A model generated the notes under the pieces. The model did not search any database. It had not been told where the DNA came from and saw only the letters and a program-made list of their open reading frames with translations. Positions 34,948-46,909 of a stretch of DNA of 64,000 nt are shown here, piece after piece. Origin of the DNA: Macrostomum lignano (taxonomy: Eukaryota); contig NIVC01003533.1 of the NCBI GenBank assembly GCA_002269645.1, positions 22,266-86,265 on the forward strand. The letters are read 5' to 3'. Every line of letters begins with the position of its first letter. The stretch's first letter is position 1. The position numbers were made by a program, and so were the translations under genes.

Positions 34948-37900
34948 GAGGGGGTCCTATTAAATTTGCAGTTCTATTAAATTTGCACTTCGGTGCAAAT
35001 ATGCTGCGACCTCCGGGTGACGCTTGCCATCTGGCTGGCGCTTGCCCAGGTGAGAGCGGTGAGCCGCGCTCTGCTAACACGGACGCTGCGGCTGCTAACA
35101 GCGGCAGGAAGGGCAACCGGCGAGGCAAACGAAGTCTCCACCGGCGCATCCAGCGGCGGCGTGAGCGCAACAGGCGAGGACGGCTGAAAGGTCGTTTTTG
35201 CAAGTCTGCAAGTTTGCTTGACCCGGCCCCTATCCAATCGGTTCTGCCTGGTGGCGCAGGAGACCGTGAGGCCCAACAAGTCCGGGCCCCAGCTGTACCA
35301 GGAAGCGCGTTTAGAATTGCCATCTTCAACTGTCGCACTCTCAAACCTGCTTGGAGGAGGGGAATGCTGGCGCAGCTAGCATCCGATCTGCAGCTGGACA
35401 TTGTGATGCTGCAGGAAGGTTCAATTGTGACGCAGGACGGCCTCCAACGTGAGGATCTCGGTGCCGGCTGGACCCTGTTTTTCACCTCAGCGGACAGTCG
35501 AGGCGTGGAGGAGTCGGCGCTCTAGTCGGACCGCGGCTGCAGCAGAGTGTCTGCTGTGTCCCCGTGTCACCTCGGCTTTTGCGTGTGGATGTGAGACTGC
35601 GAGGCCGTAACGCCCGGCTGTTCTGCGCGTATGCACCGACAGCTGCCCATCAGCATGAGGCGCAGGAGTTCTTTGATTTCCTGTCAGAGCAGCTCGAGTC
35701 GGTCGCAATGCGTGACACTGGCGGTGCTTGGCGATCTCAACGCTGTCGCGGAGAGGTCCCAGCGCTCCCCGTTCGTGTCCCCGCGCCAGAATGGCAACTC
35801 TGGTGCGCTTGCGGACCTTATGTCGCGGCAAGATCTGGTGTCGGCGAACACGCGCTTCCGCAAGCCAGCTTTTCGTTTGGCGACTTTTGCTGGTTGTAAG
35901 CGAAGAAAGCGGAACGCGCGCCGAAACGCCACGACGCGCCGGGCCCAGCTCGACCACATTCTTGTTCGTAACCGCGAGCGCAGTCGGGTGACAGACTGCG
36001 ACACGATGGCCCCGCTGTCCATCCAATCCGACCACCGCCTGCTTTTCTGCAACCTTCGCATCCGGGATCCGCTGTACAGGCCGCCCAAGCGACCCCCACG
36101 CCGCTATTTCCGGGCTCTGCGAGATTCTAGCACCCGCGGCAGGTTCGCGTACGCGTTCGCCACCGCACTGGGAGAGTCTGCGAGCACCGGTAACTACTCT
36201 GAAATAAGCGCGGTAGTAGCGACGGCAGCGAGCAAAACTCTGCCACGGATGAAATCTGCAGCCCGTAGTCTCCCTGTCTGGGCGGATGAAAAAGGAGGTT
36301 CAAGAGGCGAGGCGGACAGTTGAGAGGCTGCGACGGTCCAGGAGACCGACGGCAGAGGCCGAGAAAGCCCTGTCAGACGTTTTATATCAGGCGGCAGCAA
36401 GCCGCTGTTGACGATGCCATCCGAAGCGTCACCTCCGCAGGGCTCGACCAACGGAATCGGCTCGTATGGCCGACAATCAACGCCTTGACTGGTCGCAAGA
36501 AGAGAACGGTGCTAAAATTGACCGGCGACACGCCAGAAGCGCGCAGAAATGAGCTACGCGACTTCTTCGCCGATATCGTCAACGCGCCGCCACCGCCTCT
36601 GCCAGAAGTGATGCCACTGCCGCTCGAGACGGCGCTGCCGTCGCAGGAAGATTTCAACACCCAGCCAGTGACCAGCAACAACGTTGTGCAGTTCGCTCGC
36701 CAGGCGCCGGGAGGTCGCGCCCCGGGACCGGACGAGGTGCCTATCGAGGTGCTGCGAGTCACAAGGGTCGCCATTGAGGTGGCTCGTGTGATGAACGGTG
36801 TCCTTTCTGGAGATGCCGCGCCCCGCGAGTGGACAACCGCGCACATCGTCGCGATCCCGAAGAAGCCAGGCACGACACGGAAGGAGGAGCACAGGGGGAT
36901 CTCGCTTATGTCCTGCGCCGCGAAGCTGTTCAACCGGGTGCTGCTGGCTCGGTTACAGCCTGTGCTGGACCAGTTCCTGCGAACTGAGCAGAACGGGTTC
37001 CGCCCACATCGCGGCACAGTGACGCAGATCCTAGCCCTCTGCGGCATCATCGAGGAGGCGCGCATCCATCAGTCAAGTCTCGTGGTGATCTTCATTGATT
37101 TCCTCAAGGCTTTGACTCGCTGGCTCGCGGCGCGCTGCCTCTCGTGCTTCGTGCGTACAACGTACCGGAGCAACTGATTTCCGCCATCATGGCGATGTAC
37201 CAGGACACGACCGCTTCGGTGATGACGCCAGATGGACTGTCAGACCAATTCAGCACGTCGTCAGGCGTGCTGCAGGGTGACACTTTGGCGCCTTTTCTGT
37301 TTGTGCTGGCACTGGACTGGGTGCTGAGAACCGGCCTGCCCAACCTGGATGACGGCTTCCTTTTGAGAAGACGCACGAGTCGGCGGCACCCAGAGAAGCG
37401 GCTCTCCGTTCTCGGCTACGCGGACGACCTCGCGCTACTTTCATCGACGGCTGAAGGTGCCCAGCGGCTGCTTGATGGCCTGACGGCGGCAGCGTCGCGG
37501 GTCGGCCTTAAGCTGAACGCGCGGAAGACGGTAGTGTTCACGGTGCCCTCCGACTTGCCGGCCGAGATCAATTACCGAGACGCTGCCGGGAATGCATTTA
37601 TGCTTACCCGCTGCGAGCGCTTTGTGTACCTCGGCGGTTCCGTGCCGGACGTTGCCGACGACCTGAAGAGACGACGAGGACTGGCCTGGGCCGCATTTCG
37701 ATCAGTGCGCTCCGTGCTCCAATCTGAGGCCCTGGACGACGGGCTCAAGGCTCGGCTGTTTCAGGCAGTCGTCGAGACTGTCCTGTTGTACAACGCCGAG
37801 ACTTGGACCCTGACGGATGCCTTGGAGAGGCAGCTGGACGCTGCGCATGCGGCAATGCTGCGTGCGGCTTTCGGAGTGCGCAGCGGCCCAGGCAGCGAGA

Positions 37901-38231
37901 CCAATGCCGCGCTCTACACTAGGGCGCGCCTGACGCGGCCTTCTGACCTGCTGCGCGGGCGGCGACTTCGACTGGCTGGCCACGTCATCCGGTCGGAGGC
38001 CCGCTGTCCTGAGCGACGTGCTGCTGTTCAAGCAGCAGGGACCACGGAGGCGAGGCCAAGGGCGAACGGTGCGATACCCTGACCGACTTCTGAGTGACGC
38101 TGGCGCCCCGGACCAAGCAGGGGGATGCGACTTCCTGAGGGCAATGGCCCAGAGACTCGCTTTCTGACTGCTCCCCCCTTTCTGGCTACTGCGTGGCCGG
38201 CGGGAGCAGTACCTTGTTGTTGTTGTTGTTG
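34948..38231 (+). mobile_element. Apparently full-length non-LTR retrotransposon, RTE-like (single APE-RT ORF, (TTG)6 tail)
   Basis: APE motifs IFNCRTL, DIVMLQE, LGDLNA, LDHIL, SDHRLL; RT motifs RGISL, QNGFRP, FIDFxKAFD, GVLQGDTLAPFLF, YADD; C-terminal GHVIR. Tail at 38214-38231; no TSD found. The clade call is inference. Confidence 0.9.
35001..38167 (+). pseudogene. LINE endonuclease/reverse transcriptase ORF with several frameshifts
   Basis: Frame changes near 35507, 35717, 36290, 36380, 37112 and 38010; most are repairable by changing the length of one homopolymer run. Confidence 0.75.
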
Positions 38232-39540
38232 AGAAGCGAAATCAGCGTCTTGGCAAGTGTGTTCGAATAAACAAGGAAGTTATACATGTAAGGGTTGGCA
38301 CAGGCGTCTCAGGGAGAGATCAGAAAGAGTTGCACAGGGAGACAATTCTCGTGCCGCTTCAGCTTGTCCTGGCTTAACAAAGTGTCCAAGTGCGTACAAA
38401 CAAAGCGGAAGCACCAATATGCAGGAAAAGGTGGAGCAGCGGTATACCAGGGTACGCAATTGACCAAATTCACTGTGCTAAAATGAGTAATCTCATAAAC
38501 TAGAATGACAGATATTGACGTTTTTCTAGAAGAAAATAATACATGAGCAAAACGAAGGATCGGCGGCGTTTGATTCAAAGATCCAGCCATCCAACGTGAA
38601 GCCGCTGACAGAAACTAGCCTTGATTAATGTCATCACCCAGCAGAAGTGCATTTATTCAGTGGGGGAATCATATTGAAACGTAAATCAAGAGGTGCCTTG
38701 AGCGGGTCAACATCTTTGACGGAGTGACAACCAACTGACCTCTCACTCTTCATTTCAGTGGCTGTGTGTACATATGCTGTGTCATTTGTCACTATTATTG
38801 TTCAGTTCATCCATTCCTGAATCGATTAAAAAAATATATTTCCTGAGAAAACTATAATTAATGTCAGTTTTGGGAAAATTGAAATGCAGTTCGGGAAAAT
38901 TAGATCGTAAAAAGTATATAATAATTTCAACTCCAGAGAAGCAAGTGGCCGGTATCTTGAATTCAATTATACTAAAAATGGTTTTTCTGTGTCTATCTAT
39001 CTATTGCAGTTGAAAGGCAGCTAAAATTGCTATGCATGTACAAGGTAAAGGTCCCAGGGTTCAAGCCATCTACGCAGTAGAGAGAATATAAAAATTCGGT
39101 CTGGATTGTTCTATATGGCATGTATCAATTTTTGGTACATTTGAAATGCGGAAAGTCTCTATTATACTTGACTAACTTCAAGTTAGCTTCTGTTTAATAA
39201 CTTTATAAAGTTCCACGATTCTAAGGTTCCAGTATTATAGTGAAAGTGGTGAGATTCGAGTAAGGGGTGGTGAGATTCGAGTAAGGGATTATGCAGCAAA
39301 AGTAAATTCGAAAGAAATAGAAGATATCGAAATTGCAAATATCGAGAGCTAGGACGGATACAAAGTTGTGACTTATTTTATTTTAAAGACAACTATTTGA
39401 ATTCTGGAAAAGCCATCGGAAGATCTTCTACACCAAACCATCTAGGAGCTCTATAGCTATTTTTACCTTTTTTCAAAACTTTTAACACGCTTGTTGGCGA
39501 GTGTTGCGTCTAATTCCTCTTAAGTTGTCCTTACAACAGA

Positions 39541-39847
39541 ATAATAATAATTATTATTGATTACACCTGTCCTAATGGGCAGATGTGCAACCGACAGCTC
39601 AGCCGCAGCTATTGCGCGGCGCATCTGAAGGCTGCGTACGGCTGTTCAGTCCAAGGACTGGGGGGTCGCCACACACACCCTCAATTACCCCAGCTAATGC
39701 TGGCACCCATTTTACAGCTGGGTGAGCTGAAGCAATGCAGAGTTAAGTGTTTTGCTCAAGGACACAAATTGTTCCGAGTGAGTCAAGAATCGAACCCCCG
39801 ACCTTCAAGTCGTGAGTCCGACGCTCTGACCACTAGGCTACAAAATC
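39541..39847 (-). mobile_element. tRNA-derived SINE with a V-domain-like body
   Basis: Box A TAGCCTAGTGG and box B GGTTCGATTC. Body GTGTCCTTGAGCAAAACACTTAAC...CACCCAGCTGTAAAATGGG, an AT-rich trinucleotide tail, and a 13-bp TSD TCCTTACAACAGA (39528-39540, 39848-39860). Confidence 0.85.
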
Positions 39848-39964
39848 TCCTTACAACAGACATAGTCTATACTCTCTTTTAAGGCTATAACCCCCTCTAA
39901 CTCAGCAATTTAATTGGTGATTGAAAAATGTATGTGAAGAAACCGCTCGATGTCGTGGCATCTG

Positions 39965-40129
39965 CATGCGGCGTAGCCATGGGGGGGGGGGCTGCGTGTC
40001 ATTTGAGCTGGGCGCCAGTGTCAGGGGCACCAGCAACGGGGCGCCAGCACTATTAGGTGAGTTTCATATATTTTTGCCAGCCGATTTTGCGGCCTATAGC
40101 TGCATTGCCGCCCCCTGGCTACGCCCCTG
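39965..40129. mobile_element. Non-autonomous hAT-like MITE remnant
   Basis: The right end CCCCCTGGCTACGCCCCTG and degenerate left end CATGCGGCGTAGCCATGGGGG form imperfect TIRs; there is no clean TSD. Confidence 0.5.
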
Positions 40130-41441
40130 TGCGGCATCCTGTTCACTAACCGGTTGATAGACGCAGGGTTTTATAAAAATGTACGCAGAACAGTATGCTG
40201 ATTACCGAACTCAGTGCTTGCCTGAATTGGACTCTGAACCAAAGATCATATATACACTTATATTAGAACATAAGATCTATGCTCTTAACACGTCTGATTA
40301 TGAGTAGCTAGCTGAAGGGAGCACACTGTTCGCTTTGACATCTACTTAGATTTGAGAGATAATACTTGCTGTACACGGTCTATACTTAACTACATATGGC
40401 TAGCGGCTACAGAGCCTTGCGATAGCGAAGAGACGGCAAATTGGACGCAAATCCACCTCATGGTTGCGGTGGCAATTTGACCAAAGCAGGTGGCTGCTAT
40501 GACATGGACGGTTGAATCAATCAAGCCTACAAAGGGGGGCATCACAAGTCCGAAATATCGTAACTCCGAAAACCAAAATAGCGTTGGGTGTTGCTAGCAC
40601 TCTATATTTCGGCTTTGTGATATAATTCGGGTTTATGATGGGCGTTGATAGCAAGTTCGGAGTTATGATCTTTTCGGAGTTGCGATGGCGGGACCCAAAC
40701 AGGAACATTTAGTATTTCACAGTCATTATTGACGCAGGTGTAAAACTTTCATTGCCTTTTCGGTATATACACAGCCTTGTCGGACTTGTCAACCATGATG
40801 TCGACGTTTTTGTTTTTTTATCTGAAATTGATATGTTGTGATGCTGATGACGTGATGTGATGTGTGATGATACAATGATTTGAAAAGGTAAGATTATTGT
40901 TGAGAGGGTATTTTTTCACCCAGGATAGTTTTTTAGCATGCAAATTTAAGTGCTGCTTATGAATATTCTTATTAAGCTAGTTATTCGCACTCAGTGCATA
41001 GCCAAGTAAATAAATTTAGAACAAACTTGAAGCCACACAAGCATTCTATGCACGTTGGTAGAATGCATTGATTGGTTCCCAAAATGCAGGTCGAATAGAA
41101 AGTTAAAATGAGCAAAATAAATTGCAACTAAACGCACGTAATTATTGGGTAAAAATTTTGGTCCTGAACGTTTCTTTCAGAGTCGCCTTCACTTTAAAAA
41201 TCTGCAATCGAACTGTTCAGGTATTCTTCACTGTGATTCTCAGCCTTAGAGCTCAATACACTCATACACTCGTTTCTGTATCAGCTAATACATATCTTAT
41301 CGTTATAAAAGCCGGGCCTAGCATAAGTAAGATAAGACCCACAAGAAAAAGGCTTGCGAAGCTACAGAGCCAGCAGCAGGGCCCTGTGGCTAGAAGAAGC
41401 ACGTGAAAATTGCAACTCGCTAGTATAGGTCACCGCGAGCA

Positions 41442-43244
41442 ATGGTTTTGAATATCAGTACCAAGCGAAGCGTATTTTGCGCTTTGGCTCTATTCATCGC
41501 AGCAGTACTCGTGATCATTACTATTCGAGGCGGCTATCATCAGAATTTGCACTCAACAATCCGAGACTACATTGATGGGAAACATCAAGCCGTATCGACT
41601 GGTGGCTCTGGCAACTTGCGGAAGGTTGAAACGCAGCAGGTCAGTAAATCCAAATCGAGAGGCAATAAAGTTTATAACTTCGGCAATGGTCGCATAGCTG
41701 TGGGAAGCAGTGGCTACGATCTGTCCAGCTCTAAGCTGGAGAGCATGAACGTAGCTGAATTGGAAGACTTATACGAATCTGTAGTGCTGGAGACTACAGC
41801 AGACTGTTCAACCGAACGAAGATTTGGCCGGAAAGGAAACGGCGGATGGGAGCTGTGCCTTGTCGGACCATTCACTCCGACAAAGCCGTGCTTCAGCTAC
41901 TCGTTCGGAGTCAATAACATTTGGGAGTTCGATGACGAGGTTGCGGCTACTTTTAGGTGCCAAGTTACTGCATTTGATCCAAGAATGTCTCAAGAAAGCC
42001 ACATGCGCAACGACAAAGTCGCTTTTATTAAAGAAGGCGTGTACTCAAAACAAGGTACCCTCAATGGATGGTCTGTGGACAGCTACCTTGGACATCTGAA
42101 GCGTTTCGGTGCTGAAAACTTCATAATTGATATTTTAAAGTTTGACGTTGAGTCTTTAGAATGGCCAGCATTAGAAACAGCAGTGCGCGACGGCTCACTT
42201 GGCAATGTAAAGCAACTGCTACTTGAGACACGCATAGAAAAAACCAGAACGAAGAAGAACTTTAAAAAATATTTTTCGGTCCTAAAGTCATTGTACGATA
42301 CCGGATTTCGACAATGGAAGCACAACTGGAACACAAACTGCAACTATAGGAGCAGCTTGAACAAAGATCTTGACGGTAAATTTTGTCATGAGCTTTATTA
42401 CATCAACATAAACTTTCTGACTGACGATCGACCGGCCCAAAACCCAGCAGATTTGAGAGTACTTCCGCCTTTCGCTCGATTTATGATCAGCAAAGCGAAG
42501 AATTTTAACAAAGCGAATGATATTCTCAAGACGGATCTGACCTCGCTTACCAGCGTTCAACTTGAGGTAATGTACTTTGGCATTCTTGAACAGGTACATG
42601 TCAACTGCCCATATAGCATGCGCATAGGAGGCACCGCCGACGGCGGCTGGGACGTCTGTTTCAGCAGACCGTTTAACATCGAAGAGAGCAAGCCGTGCAT
42701 TGCATTTTCATTTGGTATTAACAACATCTGGTCTTATGACGACATTCTCGCCGACAAGTACCACTGCAACGTGCACATGTTCGATCCAAGCATGAATGCT
42801 AAGGACCATCAGCGGAAGACGACATCCTGGTTCTATCGAACCGGCCTCTCGTCCGAGAATAAAGTGGAAGGCAATGGCTGGAAAATGCGAACTCTGTGCA
42901 CACTCTTTTCCGAGCTCGGCTACCGGAACAAGAAGATCGATATACTGAAAATCGACATCGAGCACTGGGAGTGGACCAGCTTTGAGAAAGCTTTCAGCGA
43001 AGGCTGCCTCACGAATGTGAAGCAGCTGCTCTTCGAGTCGCACACGAGTGAACTCGTGCGTCAGAAGAGCGACTATGGTCGTTTAATTCGGGTCTGGCAG
43101 GGTCTATTCAAGCTCGGCTTTCGAACTTGGAAGTGGCACAAGAATCCTCAGTCACTATTTTTTAAATCAGCTGCTTCGCCTAAAGAGCAAAGGGCATGTT
43201 GTTATGAGCATTACATGCTGAACACAAATTTAGTTGACTTGTGA
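41442..43244 (+). CDS. Type II membrane protein with two tandem METTL24-like (Methyltransf_22/FkbM-related) SAM-dependent methyltransferase domains, 600 aa, single exon
   Basis: An N-terminal hydrophobic anchor, then twice the motif series R(F/I)G..(N/D)GGW(E/D)(L/V)C, SFG(V/I)NNIW, FDP, IDILK(F/I)D(V/I)E..EW, NVKQLL(L/F)E. Confidence 0.85.
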   Translation: MVLNISTKRSVFCALALFIAAVLVIITIRGGYHQNLHSTIRDYIDGKHQAVSTGGSGNLRKVETQQVSKSKSRGNKVYNFGNGRIAVGSSGYDLSSSKLESMNVAELEDLYESVVLETTADCSTERRFGRKGNGGWELCLVGPFTPTKPCFSYSFGVNNIWEFDDEVAATFRCQVTAFDPRMSQESHMRNDKVAFIKEGVYSKQGTLNGWSVDSYLGHLKRFGAENFIIDILKFDVESLEWPALETAVRDGSLGNVKQLLLETRIEKTRTKKNFKKYFSVLKSLYDTGFRQWKHNWNTNCNYRSSLNKDLDGKFCHELYYININFLTDDRPAQNPADLRVLPPFARFMISKAKNFNKANDILKTDLTSLTSVQLEVMYFGILEQVHVNCPYSMRIGGTADGGWDVCFSRPFNIEESKPCIAFSFGINNIWSYDDILADKYHCNVHMFDPSMNAKDHQRKTTSWFYRTGLSSENKVEGNGWKMRTLCTLFSELGYRNKKIDILKIDIEHWEWTSFEKAFSEGCLTNVKQLLFESHTSELVRQKSDYGRLIRVWQGLFKLGFRTWKWHKNPQSLFFKSAASPKEQRACCYEHYMLNTNLVDL

Positions 43245-43329
43245 CATTCTTATGTTGTTTGTCAACATATCACGTCATCCCGAAAGTTTTGGCGCTTTGC
43301 AATCTTGAATGGGTTACATTGGTCATTGA

Positions 43330-43482
43330 AATTAATCTTTAAGCCTATCGTTAAGCAAGCAAGCAAGCATACAAACCTTAGAGATTTAGTATATTTAGAT
43401 TTGTGCTTGGGCTGGGAGGTGTTGCCGCATCCAGCTTACATTCCAGGCATTTCAACTTCCAATTATCTTTTAGTTATATCCC
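43330..43482 (+). mobile_element. Decayed mariner transposase fragment
   Basis: LGWEVLPHPAYIPGISTSNYLL resembles the mariner motif LGWEVLPHPxYSPDLAPSDYHLF. Confidence 0.6.
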
Positions 43483-44418
43483 TAACTAAACGAATGGGAA
43501 ACGAAGGACGAAGATCAACGAAGACGAATGGGAAAGGGGAGGGTAACTCATTGGAAGGCCGTCTTTGCTGCTGGGGGTAACTATTTTGTTGAGTAAATAT
43601 TACATGAATGCTTATTTTACTCTAACTAATTATAATTTGTGAAAAAACAGCGCTAGAAACTTTCCAGATGACGGGATATTATACATTATCAATTTGATTT
43701 TGTTTTCCGTTTAATTTACTTTCTCCATAATTTCAAGTTAAATGTAGCTAGTTGTGTATCATGATATACTCTTTGATGTTGGACGCTGATGTCTGTACCG
43801 TGCTGGCGTCTTCCTGTGCAATAACTATTTCTCAAAACTATTCCGTAGGTTCTCTTCAAACGCGCTGATCTTTCGTCTTCATCAGGGTTTGTAGTTCGTT
43901 ATATTGACATACCTGCATTCTGTAAGCATGATAAGAATGGTTTTTGTTGACAATTTTTACTGAATAATATTTAATACACGTATTGATCGTTTGGATAAAA
44001 TAATTCTATGTACTCATACTCAAAATACAACAATTGTTTAATTAATCTCCTGTGTGGCACGTGGGTCACCTGTCGATTCAGTGCCTGGTTACGGTTGAAT
44101 TGCATAAAAATCCAATTCATTTCATATGCCAATGTTGTCGCATTAGCATAGTTCCAGTTTAAAGTAAACACTGCACTGCTAGGCGTGAATGAGTGCGTGT
44201 GGCTCAGCGATGCTCTGTGTTGCACCTGTCTTCGTGTATATAGTTTCTATTCGCGCCAATAAGCTCGATTCGTTGGTATAGTCATGCAGTCCATTGGCAT
44301 TTTCTTGCAACTAGATTAACTGGATTAACAAAACTTCCCACCCAGTTGTTGAAAAGTTGAACAATTTTTCAAGAAAATTTTACGCTAAATGAGAAGTGGT
44401 ATTTTCTAGTACTGAATA

Positions 44419-44642
44419 CACCTTTTCACGTTCAATTTTGAACAAAGTCCAGTTCTAAAAAAACTAGCGGAAATTCAATTCAGACAATTCAGAATGGGGA
44501 CAATTTTGTCTATGGCTAAACCTCGCTTCCGTAGCAGAATGTTTTGAACTGGGTTTTGTTGCCCCAGTCTGAATTGTCTGAATTGAATTTCCGCTAGTTT
44601 TTTTAGAACTGGACTTTGTTCAAAATTGAACGTGAAAAGGTG
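44419..44642. mobile_element. 224-bp MITE with perfect 75-bp TIRs, TA-flanked
   Basis: 44419-44493 is the exact reverse complement of 44568-44642; TA at 44417-44418 and 44643-44644. Confidence 0.88.
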
Positions 44643-44809
44643 TAGTAACTCAATCCAAAAGTATACAATCAATTGAAGTTTGCATGCATTGCATATTGAA
44701 ACTTCGAAATGACCACAGAAGCTTTGTATGACCGCACCGCATAATACAATTAAATAAGAGTAACTCCATCACCTTACAGTAAGCCTAACCAATCAGAAAG
44801 ACGCTATTC

Positions 44810-46194
44810 ATGTCTCGGGTAACAAAAAACAAAAAAAATAGAAAAAATATTTCAAATTTATCGACAGACAGTAGTTTTGGCTTGCGTTTTGAAACATTTG
44901 AGCATCGGAAGAAAGTATCAAAGCTACTCAAGCTTTTGGTAACTGACTTCATACTCGTAATAACCGTTTTGGTAATTATGTTTATCGGAGTAGCTATAGC
45001 GACTTTTGCATATTGGTGCGCAACAGTAAATAAGACAAAATCGTTGCAGCAAAAAATGCTCGAAAATCCTTTTAAGACTAGTGGTATGCGAGTCTATAGA
45101 TTTTGTTTAATACATCCGCCGTCGCACTGCTCTTAGTGTGCACAAGCTATGGGGCACATATTCGGAGTTTTTTCTGTGTTGCTGTCTTAGGCCTATTCAC
45201 TGTCCCGTGGGCATACTAGGTTGCTAACCCTGAATGCAAAGTTTGGCAGTTGGCTCACCCCGACCTGACTTAATTGCAATGCTGCTTAATTAATGTAACT
45301 AATGCTTTCAGTTATTTTATAAACAAATATATAGCTTGCAAGCCAGGGGGCAAGAGTCTCAAGGTCCTATAGTCGCTGAAATATATCTTATCACAGCAAG
45401 AGTGAATTATGGTTTCTGGTTTCTTTGGGTTCTTTGACCACCGCGACCTCCCCTTAGATTGGGACGTTGCGCAACAGTAAGCAATACCGCGGCACATGGG
45501 CGGAGAAGGCCGGGTAAAGATCAAGGACCCAAGAGATCAGAATATGCAAAAACTGGTTAATCGAGAAGTTTGGTACTCTTCCAGAGATTCATACTGCAGC
45601 GCTACTTCAGTTAAGTTGGCTTGCTTACTGATAGCCTAAGAACAGGGACTACTTAAACTGCCAATATGCAAACATCGGGACTGAACTACGTCTACGGCAT
45701 GCATAGTTTTGTCGAACTGCACTGTATATAATTAATAACGCACAGATACCAGGTGCAAATTGAAACTTTCTATGCGTAAATAGCTTTTCCGTTTAGAGCG
45801 AATGGATTGTCATGAACATGAAAAGAATACAATAACGGCGTAGCGTCCTACAGACGTAATTATTTGTAAATCAGGCTTTTTAAGTTTAGGCACAGTTAAA
45901 CAGCTGTTTGAACAGTAAAAAATCCTAAAAAACCAAGCAGCTAGTGCGGGAGCTTTTAAGTTCAACCGAGGCTTTTTTAAAACTAATGACCTGAGCTCGT
46001 GTTCAAGGCGTGCAGTTCTGCTCTTAATCAATCCTAGTTGCAGATATATTTAGATAAATTAGAACACGAAACTAGTAAAACACAAGAATAAACATAGTAG
46101 GGGCGTTTATTCTGTCTATGAACAAAACTTTCTCCTGCATGCAGATTTCTCATTCAATTTTGGCATGCTGCATGCTTATATTGTCAACAGTAAA

Positions 46195-46251
<57 letters not shown>

Positions 46252-46252
46252 C

Positions 46253-46307
<55 letters not shown>

Positions 46308-46310
46308 CTA

Positions 46311-46375
<65 letters not shown>

Positions 46376-46909
46376 CTAAGACAGACAGACACTAAGACAG
46401 ACAGACAGACAGACAGACAGGCACTAAGACAAACAGACAGACAGACAGACAGACACTAAGACAGACAGACAGATTTGCTCCCATTGGACGAGTCCCCAGT
46501 CTCTACCTGGCAGTGGGTGCTACCTTAATACATGTATTTATGCTTTTTGCCAGCATCAGAAGCACTAACAGCCAGAACGGTTTCGATTCGCAACCGGAAT
46601 CCCAGTCGAATGAGGAGCTGCTTCCCCAGTCTCCGTTCGACATTGAGAATGAAGCTAACAGAACTGACGCCACCTTCAAGAAGCTGTACCTGTACGTGCT
46701 TGTTGATCACCTGGACAACTCGCTACATCGGGGCTGCAGCTGGCAGGGCTTGGCTCCACAGCTAGGCGGTGGTAGTGGCAACCACCATGCGCAAGGGCAT
46801 GGCCGGTCTGCCGAGCTCCCTGCACTGCAACATCCAGCGCCTGCGAGCCCTGTTCAGCTCCTGGCTGGTCTTGGTTGAAAACGACTCGACCGACTTGAAT
46901 CGCAACTAA
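44810..46909 (+). pseudogene. Possible disrupted type II membrane glycosyltransferase-like gene (TM exon 44810-45083, exon from 46514)
   Basis: A hydrophobic segment and phase-compatible G|GTATGC ... GGCAG|TG junctions. A shifted frame then reads VVVATTMR...IQRLRALFSSWLVLVENDSTD, a motif recalled from GT-A/CAP59-like enzymes. A frameshift and a stop at 46907 are present. Confidence 0.35.
46195..46472. repeat. (AGAC)n microsatellite
   Basis: Directly visible. Confidence 0.97.

Noticed and set aside
34948-35140. HDV-like ribozyme at the LINE 5' end
   Set aside because: A P1-like pairing (GGGGGTC/GACCTCC+GG) and GCTAA motifs exist, but I could not build a consistent P2, P3 and L3 (no CC for P1.1). 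A covariance search is needed.
38257-38486. EGF-like CSNKQGSYTC motif or T-box continuation after the LINE
   Set aside because: The remaining cysteines and T-box motifs are absent and the frames close quickly.
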